In this document: piece after piece, positions 31,114-41,289 of the stretch
How the letters are laid out: every line of letters begins with the position of its first letter
Numbering within the stretch: position 1 is the first letter of the stretch
From: an uncultured bacterium
GTDB lineage: Bacteria > Krumholzibacteriota > Krumholzibacteriia > LZORAL124-64-63
Reading direction: 5' to 3'
DNA: 64,000 nucleotides
Assembly: GCA_963727525.1 (NCBI GenBank)
Contig: CAVSGO010000005.1
Location: 448,001-512,000, forward strand
The notes under the pieces: generated by a model
Databases searched by the model: none
What the model was told of the DNA's origin: nothing
Seen by the model: only the letters and a program-made list of their open reading frames with translations
Program-made: the position numbers and the translations under genes

Positions 31114-32274
31114 CTAGGTGAGCCACGACCGCGCGTAGTCGCGGTCCTCGCAGGCGAGGGCGTTCCGGCTGACGGCGAGCGGTGCGAAGGTGTCGACCAT
31201 GACGGCCAGCTCGTGCGTCTCCTTCTTTCCGATCGAGGCCTCCGTCTTGCCCGGTTGCGGGCCGTGCGGGAGGCCGTCGGGATGCAGGGTGATCGACCCG
31301 AACTCGATCCCCTTGCGGCTCATGAACTCGTCGTTGCAGTAGTAGAGCATCTCGTCGGACATCACGTTGGAGTGCGCATACGGCGCCGGGATGGAGTCCG
31401 GATGATAGTCGTACAGACGCGGCACGAACGAGCACAGCACCCAGCCGTCGCCGGCGAAGGTCTGGTGCACCGGCGGCGGCTGGTGCAGCCGGCCCGTGAT
31501 GGGCTCGAAGTCGTGGATGCTCAGCGCCCAGGGGAAGTAGTAGCCGTCCCACCCCACCGTGTCGAACGGATGGTGGTCGAGGACCACCTGATGCAGCAGG
31601 TTCTGCTTCTTGACCAGGATGGGGAACTCGCCCTTCTCGTCGTGCGTGACGAGACGGCTGGGCGGCCGAATGTCGCGCTCGCAGAACGGGCTGTGTTCCA
31701 GGAGCTGCCCGTGGTCGTTGCGATACCGCTGTGGCGTGCGCACGTAGCCGCGGCTCTCCACGATGAAGAAGATACGCTCGGCGTCGCCCTCGAGTCGCCA
31801 GCGGTGGATGATACCGCGCGGGATCACGACGTAGTCGCCCTCGCGAACATCAAGCTCCCCGAACTGCGATTCCAGCACCCCGTCGCCGGCGGTGACGTAG
31901 ACGATCTCGTCGCCCTGCGCGTTGCGGTAATACGGCGTCTGCGGTCCGCGCGGCCGCGCCAGCGACATGGCGATGTCATGATTGAAGAGCAGGGGCACAC
32001 GGTCGCGCACGGGATCGTGCCCGGCCAGTTCCAGGCGGTGCGTGCGCAGGTGCCGCATCCGTAGCGTCGGATCCGGATCAGCTTCCCAGCCCGGCGAGGT
32101 CAGCATCTCCACACTGACCACGGCCGTCGGCGGCCGCAGCGAGTAGATGAGCGACTGTAGCCCCGTGAAGCCGAGGTTGCCGATCAGATGCTCCGGGTGC
32201 AGCTCGCCATCGTCGCGGCGGAAGACGGTGTGCCGCTTCGGGGGAATCTTGCCCAGCCGGTGGTAATACGGCAT
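31114..32274 (-). CDS. hmgA: Homogentisate 1,2-dioxygenase
   Basis: MPYYHRLGKIPPKRH, HHPFDTVGWDG, HQPPPVHQTF, HSNVMSDE, PHGPQPG, AVMVDTF. Confidence 0.95.
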   Translation of the reverse strand: MPYYHRLGKIPPKRHTVFRRDDGELHPEHLIGNLGFTGLQSLIYSLRPPTAVVSVEMLTSPGWEADPDPTLRMRHLRTHRLELAGHDPVRDRVPLLFNHDIAMSLARPRGPQTPYYRNAQGDEIVYVTAGDGVLESQFGELDVREGDYVVIPRGIIHRWRLEGDAERIFFIVESRGYVRTPQRYRNDHGQLLEHSPFCERDIRPPSRLVTHDEKGEFPILVKKQNLLHQVVLDHHPFDTVGWDGYYFPWALSIHDFEPITGRLHQPPPVHQTFAGDGWVLCSFVPRLYDYHPDSIPAPYAHSNVMSDEMLYYCNDEFMSRKGIEFGSITLHPDGLPHGPQPGKTEASIGKKETHELAVMVDTFAPLAVSRNALACEDRDYARSWLT

Positions 32275-32315
32275 GCTCGAAACTCCTCGCGATTTCCGCG
32301 CGATCGTTCTCCGCG

Positions 32316-33449
32316 CTACAGATTCCCGCGTCTGGACTGCTCGCGCTCGATGGCCTCGAACAGCGCCTGGAAGTTGCCCTTGCCGAAGCTGTCGCTGCCG
32401 GCGCGCTGGATCACCTCGAGGAACAGAGTCGGCCGATCCTGGAGCGGGCGCGTGAAGAGCTGCAGCAGGTAGCCCTTCTCGTCGCGGTCGACGAGAATCT
32501 TCAGATTGCGCACGCGGTCGCGGTCTTCCTCGATGTCGCCAACGCGATCCCAGATCGTCTCGTAGTAGGAATCAGGCACGTCGAGGAACTCGGCTCCATT
32601 GTCGCGCAGGACCTCGATCGTCTCGAGAATGTTGTCCGTGCGCAAAGCGATGTGCTGCACGCCCGCCGACATGTTGAAGTCGATGTATTCCTGGATCTGG
32701 CTGCGCTTGCGACCGGGCGCCGGCTCGTTGATCGGGAACGTGACGGCACGGTTGTCGTTCGTCATCACCTTGCTACGCAGCGACGAGAACTCGGTGCAGA
32801 TGTCCTTGTCGTCGTAGCTGACGAATTGCGTGAAATCGAAGACCTGCGTGTAGAAATCGCACCAGTGCTGCATCCGCTCGTACTCGACATTGCCCACCAC
32901 ATGATCGACGCAGTGCACGCCCACATTGTGGCCACGTACCGTGTCGAGAGCGAAACCGGGCAGGAAACCTCCGTAGTCGCCACGTTCGATGAAGCTGTGG
33001 ATGGTATCGCCATAGGTCCGCACGGAGGCCCGCCGCACGGCACCGTCCGCCGATTCGAGATCGTGGGGAGCGCGCACGGGCGTGGCACCGCGCGCCACCG
33101 CCGCCGCATAAGTGGTCGCTGCGTCCTCCACCTCGAAGGCCAGATCGCGTACGCCGTCGCCGTGCAGCGCCAGCCAGTTGTTGAGGGGACTCAGATGCGT
33201 GAGCGGCGAGGTGAGGACCAGAAATACGGTGCCCTGGCGAAGCACGTAGCTGGCGCGGTCGTGGCAGCCCGTTTCCGGACCCCGATAGGCGACCTGATCG
33301 AAGCCGAAGCACTTGCGGTAGAAGTACGCCGCCTGTTTCGCATTGCCGACCCAGAGCTCGATGTGGTGAATGCGCAGGAGCTTGATGCTCGTATCGGGCA
33401 AGGCGGATTCACCGCGCGCGGGACCGGACATGATCGTCGAATCGGGCAT
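32316..33449 (-). CDS. hppD: 4-hydroxyphenylpyruvate dioxygenase
   Basis: HGDGVRDLAF, DHVVGNV, PINEP, SQIQEY, GVQHIAL, GYLLQLFT, FGKGNFQALFEAIE. Confidence 0.95.
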   Translation of the reverse strand: MPDSTIMSGPARGESALPDTSIKLLRIHHIELWVGNAKQAAYFYRKCFGFDQVAYRGPETGCHDRASYVLRQGTVFLVLTSPLTHLSPLNNWLALHGDGVRDLAFEVEDAATTYAAAVARGATPVRAPHDLESADGAVRRASVRTYGDTIHSFIERGDYGGFLPGFALDTVRGHNVGVHCVDHVVGNVEYERMQHWCDFYTQVFDFTQFVSYDDKDICTEFSSLRSKVMTNDNRAVTFPINEPAPGRKRSQIQEYIDFNMSAGVQHIALRTDNILETIEVLRDNGAEFLDVPDSYYETIWDRVGDIEEDRDRVRNLKILVDRDEKGYLLQLFTRPLQDRPTLFLEVIQRAGSDSFGKGNFQALFEAIEREQSRRGNL

Positions 33450-33509
33450 GCCGCACCTTCACCTGGTTGAGTGAGAGATTGGGCGATCGAGAACGCTCTA
33501 ACGTGGACA

Positions 33510-33538
33510 CAACTAGTCGCTTTGGCGACAATTGTCAA
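33510..33538 (-). promoter_or_regulatory. Probable promoter/operator of the hppD operon
   Basis: Perfect TTGACA on the minus strand (33533-33538) with palindrome GTCGC-N4-GCGAC in the spacer; the -10 is imperfect. Confidence 0.4.
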
Positions 33539-33621
33539 CGCAACCAGGCCCGACCGGACGCGTACGGAGGGTTTCGCCGAGAGTTCGCCCGCAGGAGCCG
33601 GAGAATGGCCGGGATGCCGAC

Positions 33622-34878
33622 GTGACGATCACCAGCCGGATGCGCCGCATCGCGGGTCTCGCCCCTGGCGAGGGCGTACCTGTCTGCCTGGCCACCCTCC
33701 TCTTCTTCGTCCTGATGACCGGCTATGCCATACTCAAGCCCCTGCGCGACGAGATGGGTATCGCCGCGGGCGTGGACAGCCTGCCCCACCTCTACCTCGC
33801 GACTCTCGCCACGATGGTGGCGGCCGCTCCGCTCTTCGGCTGGCTGGCGCGACGGCGGCGGCGCGAGGTGTTCCTGCCCGTCACGTACCAGTTCTTCGCG
33901 GCGAACCTCCTGCTTTTCTATGGTTTGCTGCGCTGGTGGCCCACCGCAGAGACCGTGGTGGGCCGTATGTTCTACGTCTGGGTAAGCGTCTTCAACCTCT
34001 TCGCACTGTCCCTGTTCTGGGGCTTCATGGCCGACGGCTTCGGCCTCACGCGCAGCCGCCGCACCTTCGGAGTCCTGGCCGTGGGAGGTACGGCGGGCGC
34101 AGTGCTCGGAAGCACGATCACGGCTGCGCTCGTGCAGCTCGTCGGACGCCTGCCGTTGCTGCTCGTCTCGGTCGTCTGCCTGGAGACCGCGGTGGTCCTC
34201 GTCCGCATCCTGCACCGCCGGTTCGTGGCGCTGGATGCCACGGACGCCGCCCCATCCGAGCCACCGGGGCACGCCCTCGACGGGATCCGACTCACGTTCA
34301 CATCACCCTACCTCATCGCCGTGAGCGCGTTCCTGATCCTCTACAGCCTGACGTCGACGCTCGTGTACCTCGAACAGGCCCACATCGTCGCGGCCGCGGA
34401 ACATGGCCGCGCGGCACGGGCGGCGCTCCTGGCCCGGATCGAGGTCTGGGTGCAGGGGGTCACGCTCGCCACTCAGCTCCTGGGCACGAGCCGCGTGCTG
34501 CGCTGGCTCGGGACCGGGCTCACCCTCGCCTTGTTGCCCATGGTCACCGGTCTGGGCTTCCTGGCGCTCGGCTTACGGCCGACTCTCACCATGCTCATCG
34601 CCTTCCAGGTGGTACGCCGGGCCACGAACTACGCCCTCGTCAAACCGGCGCGGGAGACCCTCTTCGCCCCCCTGGCGCGCGTCGCCAAGTACCGAGCCAA
34701 GACCTTCATCGACACCTTCGTCTACCGGGGCGGCGATGCCCTGGGCGCAGCCCTCTTCGACCGGCTCGCCGCCCGCGGACTTGGCCCCGGCGGTGTGGCC
34801 GTGGTAGCCGCGGCGCTGACGGTGGCCTGGGCGGCGGTGGCCGTCCACCTCGGACGCCGCCAGGCGGCACTCGCGTGA
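33622..34878 (+). CDS. MFS-like NTP/NDP exchange (Npt/AAA family-like) transporter
   Basis: YAILKPLRDEMG, FYVWVSVFNLF, LFWGFMAD, KPARETLF, KYRAKTFIDTFVYRGGD. Start uncertain. Confidence 0.8.
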   Translation: MTITSRMRRIAGLAPGEGVPVCLATLLFFVLMTGYAILKPLRDEMGIAAGVDSLPHLYLATLATMVAAAPLFGWLARRRRREVFLPVTYQFFAANLLLFYGLLRWWPTAETVVGRMFYVWVSVFNLFALSLFWGFMADGFGLTRSRRTFGVLAVGGTAGAVLGSTITAALVQLVGRLPLLLVSVVCLETAVVLVRILHRRFVALDATDAAPSEPPGHALDGIRLTFTSPYLIAVSAFLILYSLTSTLVYLEQAHIVAAAEHGRAARAALLARIEVWVQGVTLATQLLGTSRVLRWLGTGLTLALLPMVTGLGFLALGLRPTLTMLIAFQVVRRATNYALVKPARETLFAPLARVAKYRAKTFIDTFVYRGGDALGAALFDRLAARGLGPGGVAVVAAALTVAWAAVAVHLGRRQAALA

Positions 34879-35043
34879 AAGCCCGCCTGTGCCACCCCTG
34901 GCCGCCACCGATGTCGCGAGCGTGAGCGAGATGCGCCGTGGCGGGTGCTTCCCCTCAAGATCCCCGTCAACCCGCCGATAGCTACGGAGAATCCGCAAGC
35001 GGTCGCAGCCGTGATCACGCCTTCAAGCTCGAGGTCAGAACGT

Positions 35044-35388
35044 ATGCGAGAACGTCGCAAGAGCCTCCGCCGCAACACACCTCACCGCGTGAACGTCCTG
35101 TCCGCCGCCGACGGACATGTCGTCGGACGCCTCGTGGATATCACCACCTCGGGAATGATGGTGGTGACCGCCACGCGTATGCTGCCGGGACGATCGGTCT
35201 CCTTGCGCATCCCCCTTCCCACCATGGTCAACGGCCGCACCGAGATCGACGTCACGGCGAAGTCGATCTGGAGCCGCCCCGACTCGAATCCGCGATACCA
35301 CCGCATCGGACTGGTATTCGAGGACCTGGGCCCGGAAGAAGCTTACATCATCCAGACAACCCTGCACCGCCTGCATCTGGTGGGGTGA
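35044..35388 (+). CDS. PilZ domain protein
   Basis: ERRKSLR (RxxxR) and DITTSG motifs; IWSR...GLVF. Confidence 0.82.
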   Translation: MRERRKSLRRNTPHRVNVLSAADGHVVGRLVDITTSGMMVVTATRMLPGRSVSLRIPLPTMVNGRTEIDVTAKSIWSRPDSNPRYHRIGLVFEDLGPEEAYIIQTTLHRLHLVG

Positions 35389-35410
35389 CGGGGACACGGA
35401 GGACACGACG

Positions 35411-36382
35411 ATGGGCGCGGCCGACGGCATCCTGCTCGAATCGGGCACCAACGAGGTGGAGATGCTGGAGTTTGCACTCCAGGACCAGAGCTTCGGCGTC
35501 AACGTGCTGAAGATCCAGGCCATCGAACAGTTCGACCCCCAGCGGGTCACCGCCGTGCCGCTCGCGCACCCGTCGGTGGTCGGCAGCTACGGCTTCCGCG
35601 ACGCCGTGGTGACGCTCGTGGACCTCGGTTTCGAGCTGGGTATCAGAGACACGGCGATAGTGCTTGACCAACCGGGCAGCGACGGCGACGCCGAGACCCG
35701 GATCGTACTCGTCATGGAGTTCAACGGACTCACGACCGCGTTCCTCGTCGACGGGGTGAACCGCATCCACCGAGTGAGCTGGGAATCGATCAGCGCCCTG
35801 AGCCCGTTCCTGAGCGCGTGCAGCAGCAAGTTCACGGGATCGCTCAACATCGAAAGCCGCGAGATCATGGTCGTGGACATGGAGCGCGTCGTGGTGGATG
35901 TGCTGCCCCGTGCCCAGCAACTCCACCGGGTGATCGACGACAGCTCGATTCCTTGCTACGCCCGACGCGCCACCGTCCCCGTACTCCTTGCCGAGGATTC
36001 GGGCACGATCCGCGAGACCGTGCGCGCCGAGCTGCAGCGCGGCAACTACCAGCAGGTCCACGCCTTCGCCAACGGCAGTGACGCCCTCACCGCCCTCACC
36101 GCATTCGCGGAGCGGGCGGCCAGCGAACGACGTCCGCTCACCGAGTACGTGGGCGCTGTCGTCACGGACATCGAGATGCCTCAGATGGACGGCCTGGCTC
36201 TCTGCAAGACGATCAAGCAGACGCCAGGACTGTGCGACCTGCCCGTGATCATGTTCTCGTCGCTGATCAACGAGCAGATCGCCGCGAAGTGCCTGTCCGT
36301 GCATGCGGATGCGACGATTTCCAAGCCGCAGTTCAACGAGCTCGTCCACTTGCTCGACAAGCATGCCCTCGCATGTCCCTAG
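35411..36382 (+). CDS. cheV: Chemotaxis protein CheV (CheW-REC)
   Basis: ILLESGTNEVEMLEF, FGVNVLKI, receiver AEDS...TDIEMPQMDG...FSSLI...SKP. Confidence 0.9.
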   Translation: MGAADGILLESGTNEVEMLEFALQDQSFGVNVLKIQAIEQFDPQRVTAVPLAHPSVVGSYGFRDAVVTLVDLGFELGIRDTAIVLDQPGSDGDAETRIVLVMEFNGLTTAFLVDGVNRIHRVSWESISALSPFLSACSSKFTGSLNIESREIMVVDMERVVVDVLPRAQQLHRVIDDSSIPCYARRATVPVLLAEDSGTIRETVRAELQRGNYQQVHAFANGSDALTALTAFAERAASERRPLTEYVGAVVTDIEMPQMDGLALCKTIKQTPGLCDLPVIMFSSLINEQIAAKCLSVHADATISKPQFNELVHLLDKHALACP

Positions 36383-37197
36383 GGGACGCCCGCGTACTCC
36401 AGGTGGGCGGTCACCGTCTCGTTGCCCGCCCCTTCCACCGATATCTCCACCAGTAGGCGCGTCCCGTCCGGCGCAAGGCGCAGGCGCCGGACGATGGTCA
36501 GGGGTCCACCCGCCTGTTCGACGACGAGGGTGCCGTCCTGCCAGGTCGCGCGGGTCACGTGCGCACCGGGGCGTGGTTCGTTGCCATGCGGCCCTCCGGC
36601 GTTCGCGTGTAGCTGGCCGTCGGTGATGTACGTGTAGCTCCGGTCGTTTCCGTCCATGATCTCGATCGTCCCGGAGGTGCCGCTGATCAGGAGCTGGCGA
36701 ATGGCGGTCTCGAGGTGCTGTCCGGGACGGGCATCGTCCCCGGAACGCGCGCCCTGCGCCGCGCCATGGCGCCCACCACCAGGACGCCCCCTCCCACCGC
36801 CAGCCATGGCGCCGCGGCCCATCCCACCGCGACTCATGCCGCCGCCTCCCATCTGGTCGTCGTTGTCGAAATCGCCGCGGCCGCCGGGCATGTCGTCGCC
36901 GCCGCCGACCTCGGCGCCGGCACGCTGACGGGAGGCGCGTGCGCTCGCGAGGAGCTTGCCGATCCGGGACGTGAAGGCCTCGAGGTTGTCGCTTCCGTGC
37001 TCGTCGAGGTTCCAGACGCCGTTGAGGTTGGGTGCAGGAGTCGCCGATTCTGGAGACGCGGATTCAGGAGGCGCGGATTCGAGGCTCGTGGAGTGGGGTT
37101 TCGCAGACCCGGCGCTCGCGGACCCGGGCTCCTGGGCCCGGCCTGGTGACGTCAGGCAGGCCAGAATCGTGAGGACGACGGCAGCACGCAAAGCCAT
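36379..37197 (-). CDS. Secreted hypothetical protein with Gly-rich linker
   Basis: Signal peptide; PNLNGVWNLD; Gly/Met/Arg-rich middle; beta-rich C-terminus. Confidence 0.7.
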   Translation of the reverse strand: MALRAAVVLTILACLTSPGRAQEPGSASAGSAKPHSTSLESAPPESASPESATPAPNLNGVWNLDEHGSDNLEAFTSRIGKLLASARASRQRAGAEVGGGDDMPGGRGDFDNDDQMGGGGMSRGGMGRGAMAGGGRGRPGGGRHGAAQGARSGDDARPGQHLETAIRQLLISGTSGTIEIMDGNDRSYTYITDGQLHANAGGPHGNEPRPGAHVTRATWQDGTLVVEQAGGPLTIVRRLRLAPDGTRLLVEISVEGAGNETVTAHLEYAGVP

Positions 37198-37283
37198 GGC
37201 AACATTCCTTTCGGCCGACGTGGGGTGGGCTGGTGTCGGCCCCAACGCCGCACCGGCCGCAAACCAGCGCTCACCTGGTCCAT

Positions 37284-37311
37284 AAAAGCGGCGCGGGTGT
37301 CCCCGCGCCGC
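37284..37311 (-). terminator. Rho-independent terminator after ctpA
   Basis: 10-bp stem GCGGCGCGGG/CCCGCGCCGC followed by TTTT on the minus strand. Confidence 0.75.
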
Positions 37312-37335
37312 ACCAGCTATGGACTTCGTCCAGCG

Positions 37336-39069
37336 TCAGTGGTCGGCCGAGGTCACCGGTTCGCCCGCTGCGGCCGCGGAATCGGCGGCGGCCTTCTCGA
37401 GCTGATCGCGATTCCACTCGGCGGCCACCGCGAACAGGTCCTTCAGGGTGTGCGCCCGCTTGAAGATATCGAGGGCCTCCTCGAGCTGCATGTCCTTCTC
37501 GATCGCGACCTCGTAAGCCGCCTGCGCTCCCTGCGACCGCCGCATGAGCTCACGTCGCAGCCCCCACTTCAGAAAGTCCTCGTTGGCGTTGAGCAGCGAG
37601 TCGCTCATGGTCAGGTTGAAGGCGCCGAGGTACTCCGGCAGATTTTCGCGGTGGCGCAGGAAGTCCTCGAAATGACCGAAGAGCTTCTCGTCGACCTGGA
37701 AATCCCGCGGCACGTCGCCATGCTGACTCACGTAGTCGACAGCGTAGGCGAAGAGCGCGTAGTCGCGTTCCACCGCGACCTCGAAATCGCTGAGGAAATC
37801 CTGATCGATCTCGATGTCGGGCGTGATGCCACCGCCGCCGTAGACGACGCGGCCGCTGTCGGTATGGAACTGCTCCTTCTTGTGACGGGGCACCTCGCGA
37901 TCGGCGGGTTCCTGCTGCAGATCGGTATGGTTCTCGTCGTCGGGCGCGTCGTCGGGTTTGAAGAGATGGTGCCCCTCGTCCTTGCGATCCTTGTGGATGG
38001 AGCGGCCCGACGGCGTGTAGTACCGCGCCGTCGTCAATTTCAACGCCTCGTCCTCGGTGAGCGGGAAGACGGTCTGCACGGAGCCCTTGCCGAAGCTGGT
38101 CTTGCCCACGACGAGGGCCGCGTCATGGTCCTGCAGAGCGGCTGCCACGATCTCGCTGGCCGAGGCCGACGACCCGTTGACCATGACGATCATGGGTAGG
38201 TTGTCGTACACCTTGCCCTTCTGCTCCGAGTAGAACGACATGCTGTTCGAAGGCAGGCGGCCCTTCGTGTAGACGAGCAGATCGCCACGCGGCAAGAAAA
38301 GCTCGGCCACCTCCTTCGCCGATCCCAGCAAACCGCCGGGATTGAAGCGCAGATCGAGGATCAGACCGCGCGGATGCTGGGCCTCAAGCTCCTCGAGCTT
38401 GGTGCGCATCTCCTCGGCCGTGGTGCGCGCGAAGTTGGAGACGCGGATGTAGGCGATGTCGCCGAGCATGAACGCGTAGGGCACGCTCTCCACCTTGATG
38501 ATATCGCGCGTGATCGTGAGCGGGATGGCGTCGGCGCGCCCGGGCCGCTGGATCGTGATGTTCACCTTCGTACCCTTCGGACCCCGCAACTTCTCCACCG
38601 CATCCGTGCTCGTGAAATCGTAGGTCGAATTGCCCTCGATCTCGGTGATCTGATCGCCACCCTGGATGCCCATGTAATAGGCGGGCGTGCCCTCGATCGG
38701 CGAGATCACCGTCGGGTAATGGTCGCGAACGTTGATCGTGATGCCCAGTCCGCCGAACTCGCCCTCGGTGGACATCATCAGATCCTCGTAGTTGCGCTGG
38801 TTCAGGAAATCCGAGTGCTCGTCGAGCTTGTCGAGCATGCCCTGCACCGCGGCCTCGGCGATGTTCTCGGGGTCGAGCTCGTCCACGTAGTTGAGCATGA
38901 TGCGGTCGAAGACGTCCTGCATCAGCTGCCCCGCGTCGAGGTACTGCTCGCGCCGCGACTTGCTCGACGGCTCCTGTCCGGCCGCCTGGGCCGCGAGCCA
39001 GCCGCCGCAGGCGCCGATGACCAGCGCGCCCGCGAGCAGGAGCAACAATTGCTTGGGAAAACGCATCAT
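37336..39069 (-). CDS. ctpA: S41 C-terminal processing peptidase
   Basis: GEFGGLGI (PDZ), LDLRFNPGG, SASASEIVA, FGKGSVQ, TTARYYTPSGR. Confidence 0.93.
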   Translation of the reverse strand: MMRFPKQLLLLLAGALVIGACGGWLAAQAAGQEPSSKSRREQYLDAGQLMQDVFDRIMLNYVDELDPENIAEAAVQGMLDKLDEHSDFLNQRNYEDLMMSTEGEFGGLGITINVRDHYPTVISPIEGTPAYYMGIQGGDQITEIEGNSTYDFTSTDAVEKLRGPKGTKVNITIQRPGRADAIPLTITRDIIKVESVPYAFMLGDIAYIRVSNFARTTAEEMRTKLEELEAQHPRGLILDLRFNPGGLLGSAKEVAELFLPRGDLLVYTKGRLPSNSMSFYSEQKGKVYDNLPMIVMVNGSSASASEIVAAALQDHDAALVVGKTSFGKGSVQTVFPLTEDEALKLTTARYYTPSGRSIHKDRKDEGHHLFKPDDAPDDENHTDLQQEPADREVPRHKKEQFHTDSGRVVYGGGGITPDIEIDQDFLSDFEVAVERDYALFAYAVDYVSQHGDVPRDFQVDEKLFGHFEDFLRHRENLPEYLGAFNLTMSDSLLNANEDFLKWGLRRELMRRSQGAQAAYEVAIEKDMQLEEALDIFKRAHTLKDLFAVAAEWNRDQLEKAAADSAAAAGEPVTSADH

Positions 39070-39174
39070 TCGTGTCCGTCCTTCTCTGTCAGTGCCGACA
39101 GCGACCCTTCCCGGGGCGGGACCGCGCTCACGGGCTCGGGGCGGCACCACCACCAGCGCAACACTCGGGGTTCC

Positions 39175-39843
39175 CTAAAGGAATTTAAGCAATCCGTGTT
39201 CCAACCGCGCCAGATGAACCAGAGCGACCGCCAGCATGCCCTGCGGGTCCTGCCGGGCGTCGATCACCACGATCCGGGACCGGCCGGCCGCCGCGAGGGC
39301 CTGGTAGCCGTCGTAGACCCGTGCATGGAATTCGAGATCCTCCCGATCGAGCCGGTCCTGCTTGCGGCTGCGCAACCGTTCTCGGCCCTCCTCCGGGGGG
39401 AGCAGGCAGAAGAACGTCAGGTCCGGTTCGACGCCAGCGGTGGCGAAATCGTTGAAACGCCCCACGACCTTCTCGCCCAGGCCGCGCCCGAACCCCTGGT
39501 AGGCCACCGAGGCATCGGTAAATCGATCGCACAGGACCACCAGGCCGGCCTCCAGCGCGGGCTGGATCTTTTCCCGCACGAGCTGGGCTCGGCTCGCCAC
39601 CATGAGCAGCAGCTCCGTCTCCGCGCACATGTCGCGAGACGCGAGATCGAGCAGAATGTTGCGCACGCGCTCGCCGATCTCGGTCCCACCCGGCTCCCGC
39701 AGCAGCATGGCATCGCAGCCCCGCGCGGCCAGGTGGTCGGCGAGGGCCCGGATGAGGGTGGTCTTGCCGCTCCCCTCGGGCCCCTCGAAGGTGACCAGCA
39801 GACCCCGGCGTTCGCGCTCGCCGGCGGTGCCGCCGGGCGTCAT
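39175..39843 (-). CDS. tmk: Thymidylate kinase
   Basis: FEGPEGSGKTT, REPGGT, CDRFTDASVAYQG. Confidence 0.95.
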   Translation of the reverse strand: MTPGGTAGERERRGLLVTFEGPEGSGKTTLIRALADHLAARGCDAMLLREPGGTEIGERVRNILLDLASRDMCAETELLLMVASRAQLVREKIQPALEAGLVVLCDRFTDASVAYQGFGRGLGEKVVGRFNDFATAGVEPDLTFFCLLPPEEGRERLRSRKQDRLDREDLEFHARVYDGYQALAAAGRSRIVVIDARQDPQGMLAVALVHLARLEHGLLKFL

Positions 39844-40511
39844 GGCCAGACCTCGCCGTCGGCCTCGACGTCGGCCGGGGGATCCGCATCGGTCGCCGGC
39901 ACGCCCACGGCCGGTGCGGCGGACGTCAGCCTTGCCCCCACGTGCGTGATCCGCTGGAGCACGGTTACCAGAGTCAGGATGGCCAGGACCCAGAGCACGA
40001 TCCGCAGCAGCCACCACCCCAGCAGCACCCCCACGCTGAGGATGATGACGCGCTCCGTGCGCTGGAGCACTCCTACGAGGCAGGTCTCCCCCAGCCCCTC
40101 GGCCCGCGCACGGACGTAGCTCGTGGCCAGGCTGCCGAACATGGTCACCAGGATGAGCACCACGCCCGTCTGCCATCCGGACGGCATGCTGTCCATGCAC
40201 CAGGCCGCCACGGCCGTGAGCATGGCAGCTTCGCCGAAGCGATCGAGGCAGGAGTCGAGGAAGGCGCCCCGCCGCGATACCGTGCCCTGCCGGCGGGCGA
40301 GGTCGCCATCGAGCATGTCGAAGCCCGACCCGACGAGGAACACGATGGCACCGAGGAAGAGCTGACCGATCGCCACCAGCCACGCCCCCAGAAAGGAGAG
40401 GGCCAGGCCGAGCAGCGTGACGGCGAGGGGCGAGAAGCCCAGCGAATCGAGCAGCAACACGAGGGGGCGCAGGGCACCACGTGCCGTCGTCTTGAGCTGG
40501 TTCGTATCCAT
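39840..40511 (-). CDS. CDP-alcohol phosphatidyltransferase
   Basis: DMLDGDLARRQG...GAFLDSCLDRFGE, SYVRARAEGLG, RTER. Confidence 0.9.
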   Translation of the reverse strand: MDTNQLKTTARGALRPLVLLLDSLGFSPLAVTLLGLALSFLGAWLVAIGQLFLGAIVFLVGSGFDMLDGDLARRQGTVSRRGAFLDSCLDRFGEAAMLTAVAAWCMDSMPSGWQTGVVLILVTMFGSLATSYVRARAEGLGETCLVGVLQRTERVIILSVGVLLGWWLLRIVLWVLAILTLVTVLQRITHVGARLTSAAPAVGVPATDADPPADVEADGEVWP

Positions 40512-40512
40512 G

Positions 40513-41289
40513 CTAGCGTGACCTCGTCTCGTCGTCGCGCACGGGGTCGTCGTCCCCGTCGTCGCGGTTCAAGGCGGGGAGCGAACCCCGCAGCAAAAGC
40601 ACGAGTTCCCCCTTGAGCCGCGGTCCCGTCATCGCCTCGAGCAAGGCCGATGCGGGCCCGCGCAGGGTCTCCTCGTGCACCTTCGTGATCTCGCGCGCCA
40701 CCGCGATCTCGCGCATGGGCGCCAGGTCGGCCAGTTCCTCGAGCGTGCGCCGGATGCGGTGGCAGCTTTCGAGCATGATGACCGTGCCCCGCTCTGCGAG
40801 GACATCTTCCAGGAACCGGCGGCGGGCGCCGGTCTTGCGCGGCGGGTAGCCCACGTAGAGGAATCGATCGGGCGGAAAGCCCGCCAGCACGAGCGCCGCC
40901 AGGATGCTGGACGGACCGGGCACCACGCTCCACGGCAGCGACGCCTCGGCGAGCGCGCGCACCAGGCTGTAGCCCGGGTCCGACACGCACGGCATGCCGG
41001 CGTCGCTGACCACCGCCACACGCTGGCCGCTGTGCAAACGCTCGACGATGCGCGGGATGGCGCGGGCCTTGTTGTGATCGTGGTAGCTATCCAGGGGTGT
41101 GTGCAATCCGAATCGCTGCAGGAGGCGGCGCGTCTGACGGGTGTCCTCGGCATAGATCGTGTCGACGGCCTCGAGCACCGACAGCGCGCGCAGCGAGATG
41201 TCGCCCAGGTTGCCGATGGGCGTGGCCACGAACCAGCACGAGCCGGGTTCCAGGTCCACGGTCGGGCAAGCCACCGGGGCCGGCATCAT
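40513..41289 (-). CDS. rsmI: 16S rRNA (cytidine1402-2'-O)-methyltransferase
   Basis: VATPIGNLGDI, AEDTR, VSDAGMPCVSDPG, REITKVHEE, KGE. Confidence 0.95.
   Translation of the reverse strand: MMPAPVACPTVDLEPGSCWFVATPIGNLGDISLRALSVLEAVDTIYAEDTRQTRRLLQRFGLHTPLDSYHDHNKARAIPRIVERLHSGQRVAVVSDAGMPCVSDPGYSLVRALAEASLPWSVVPGPSSILAALVLAGFPPDRFLYVGYPPRKTGARRRFLEDVLAERGTVIMLESCHRIRRTLEELADLAPMREIAVAREITKVHEETLRGPASALLEAMTGPRLKGELVLLLRGSLPALNRDDGDDDPVRDDETRSR

Noticed and set aside
37040-37085. Short 15-bp-period tandem repeats
   Set aside because: They encode a low-complexity ESAPP/ESASP/ESATP linker inside a CDS; not a CRISPR array or mobile repeat.
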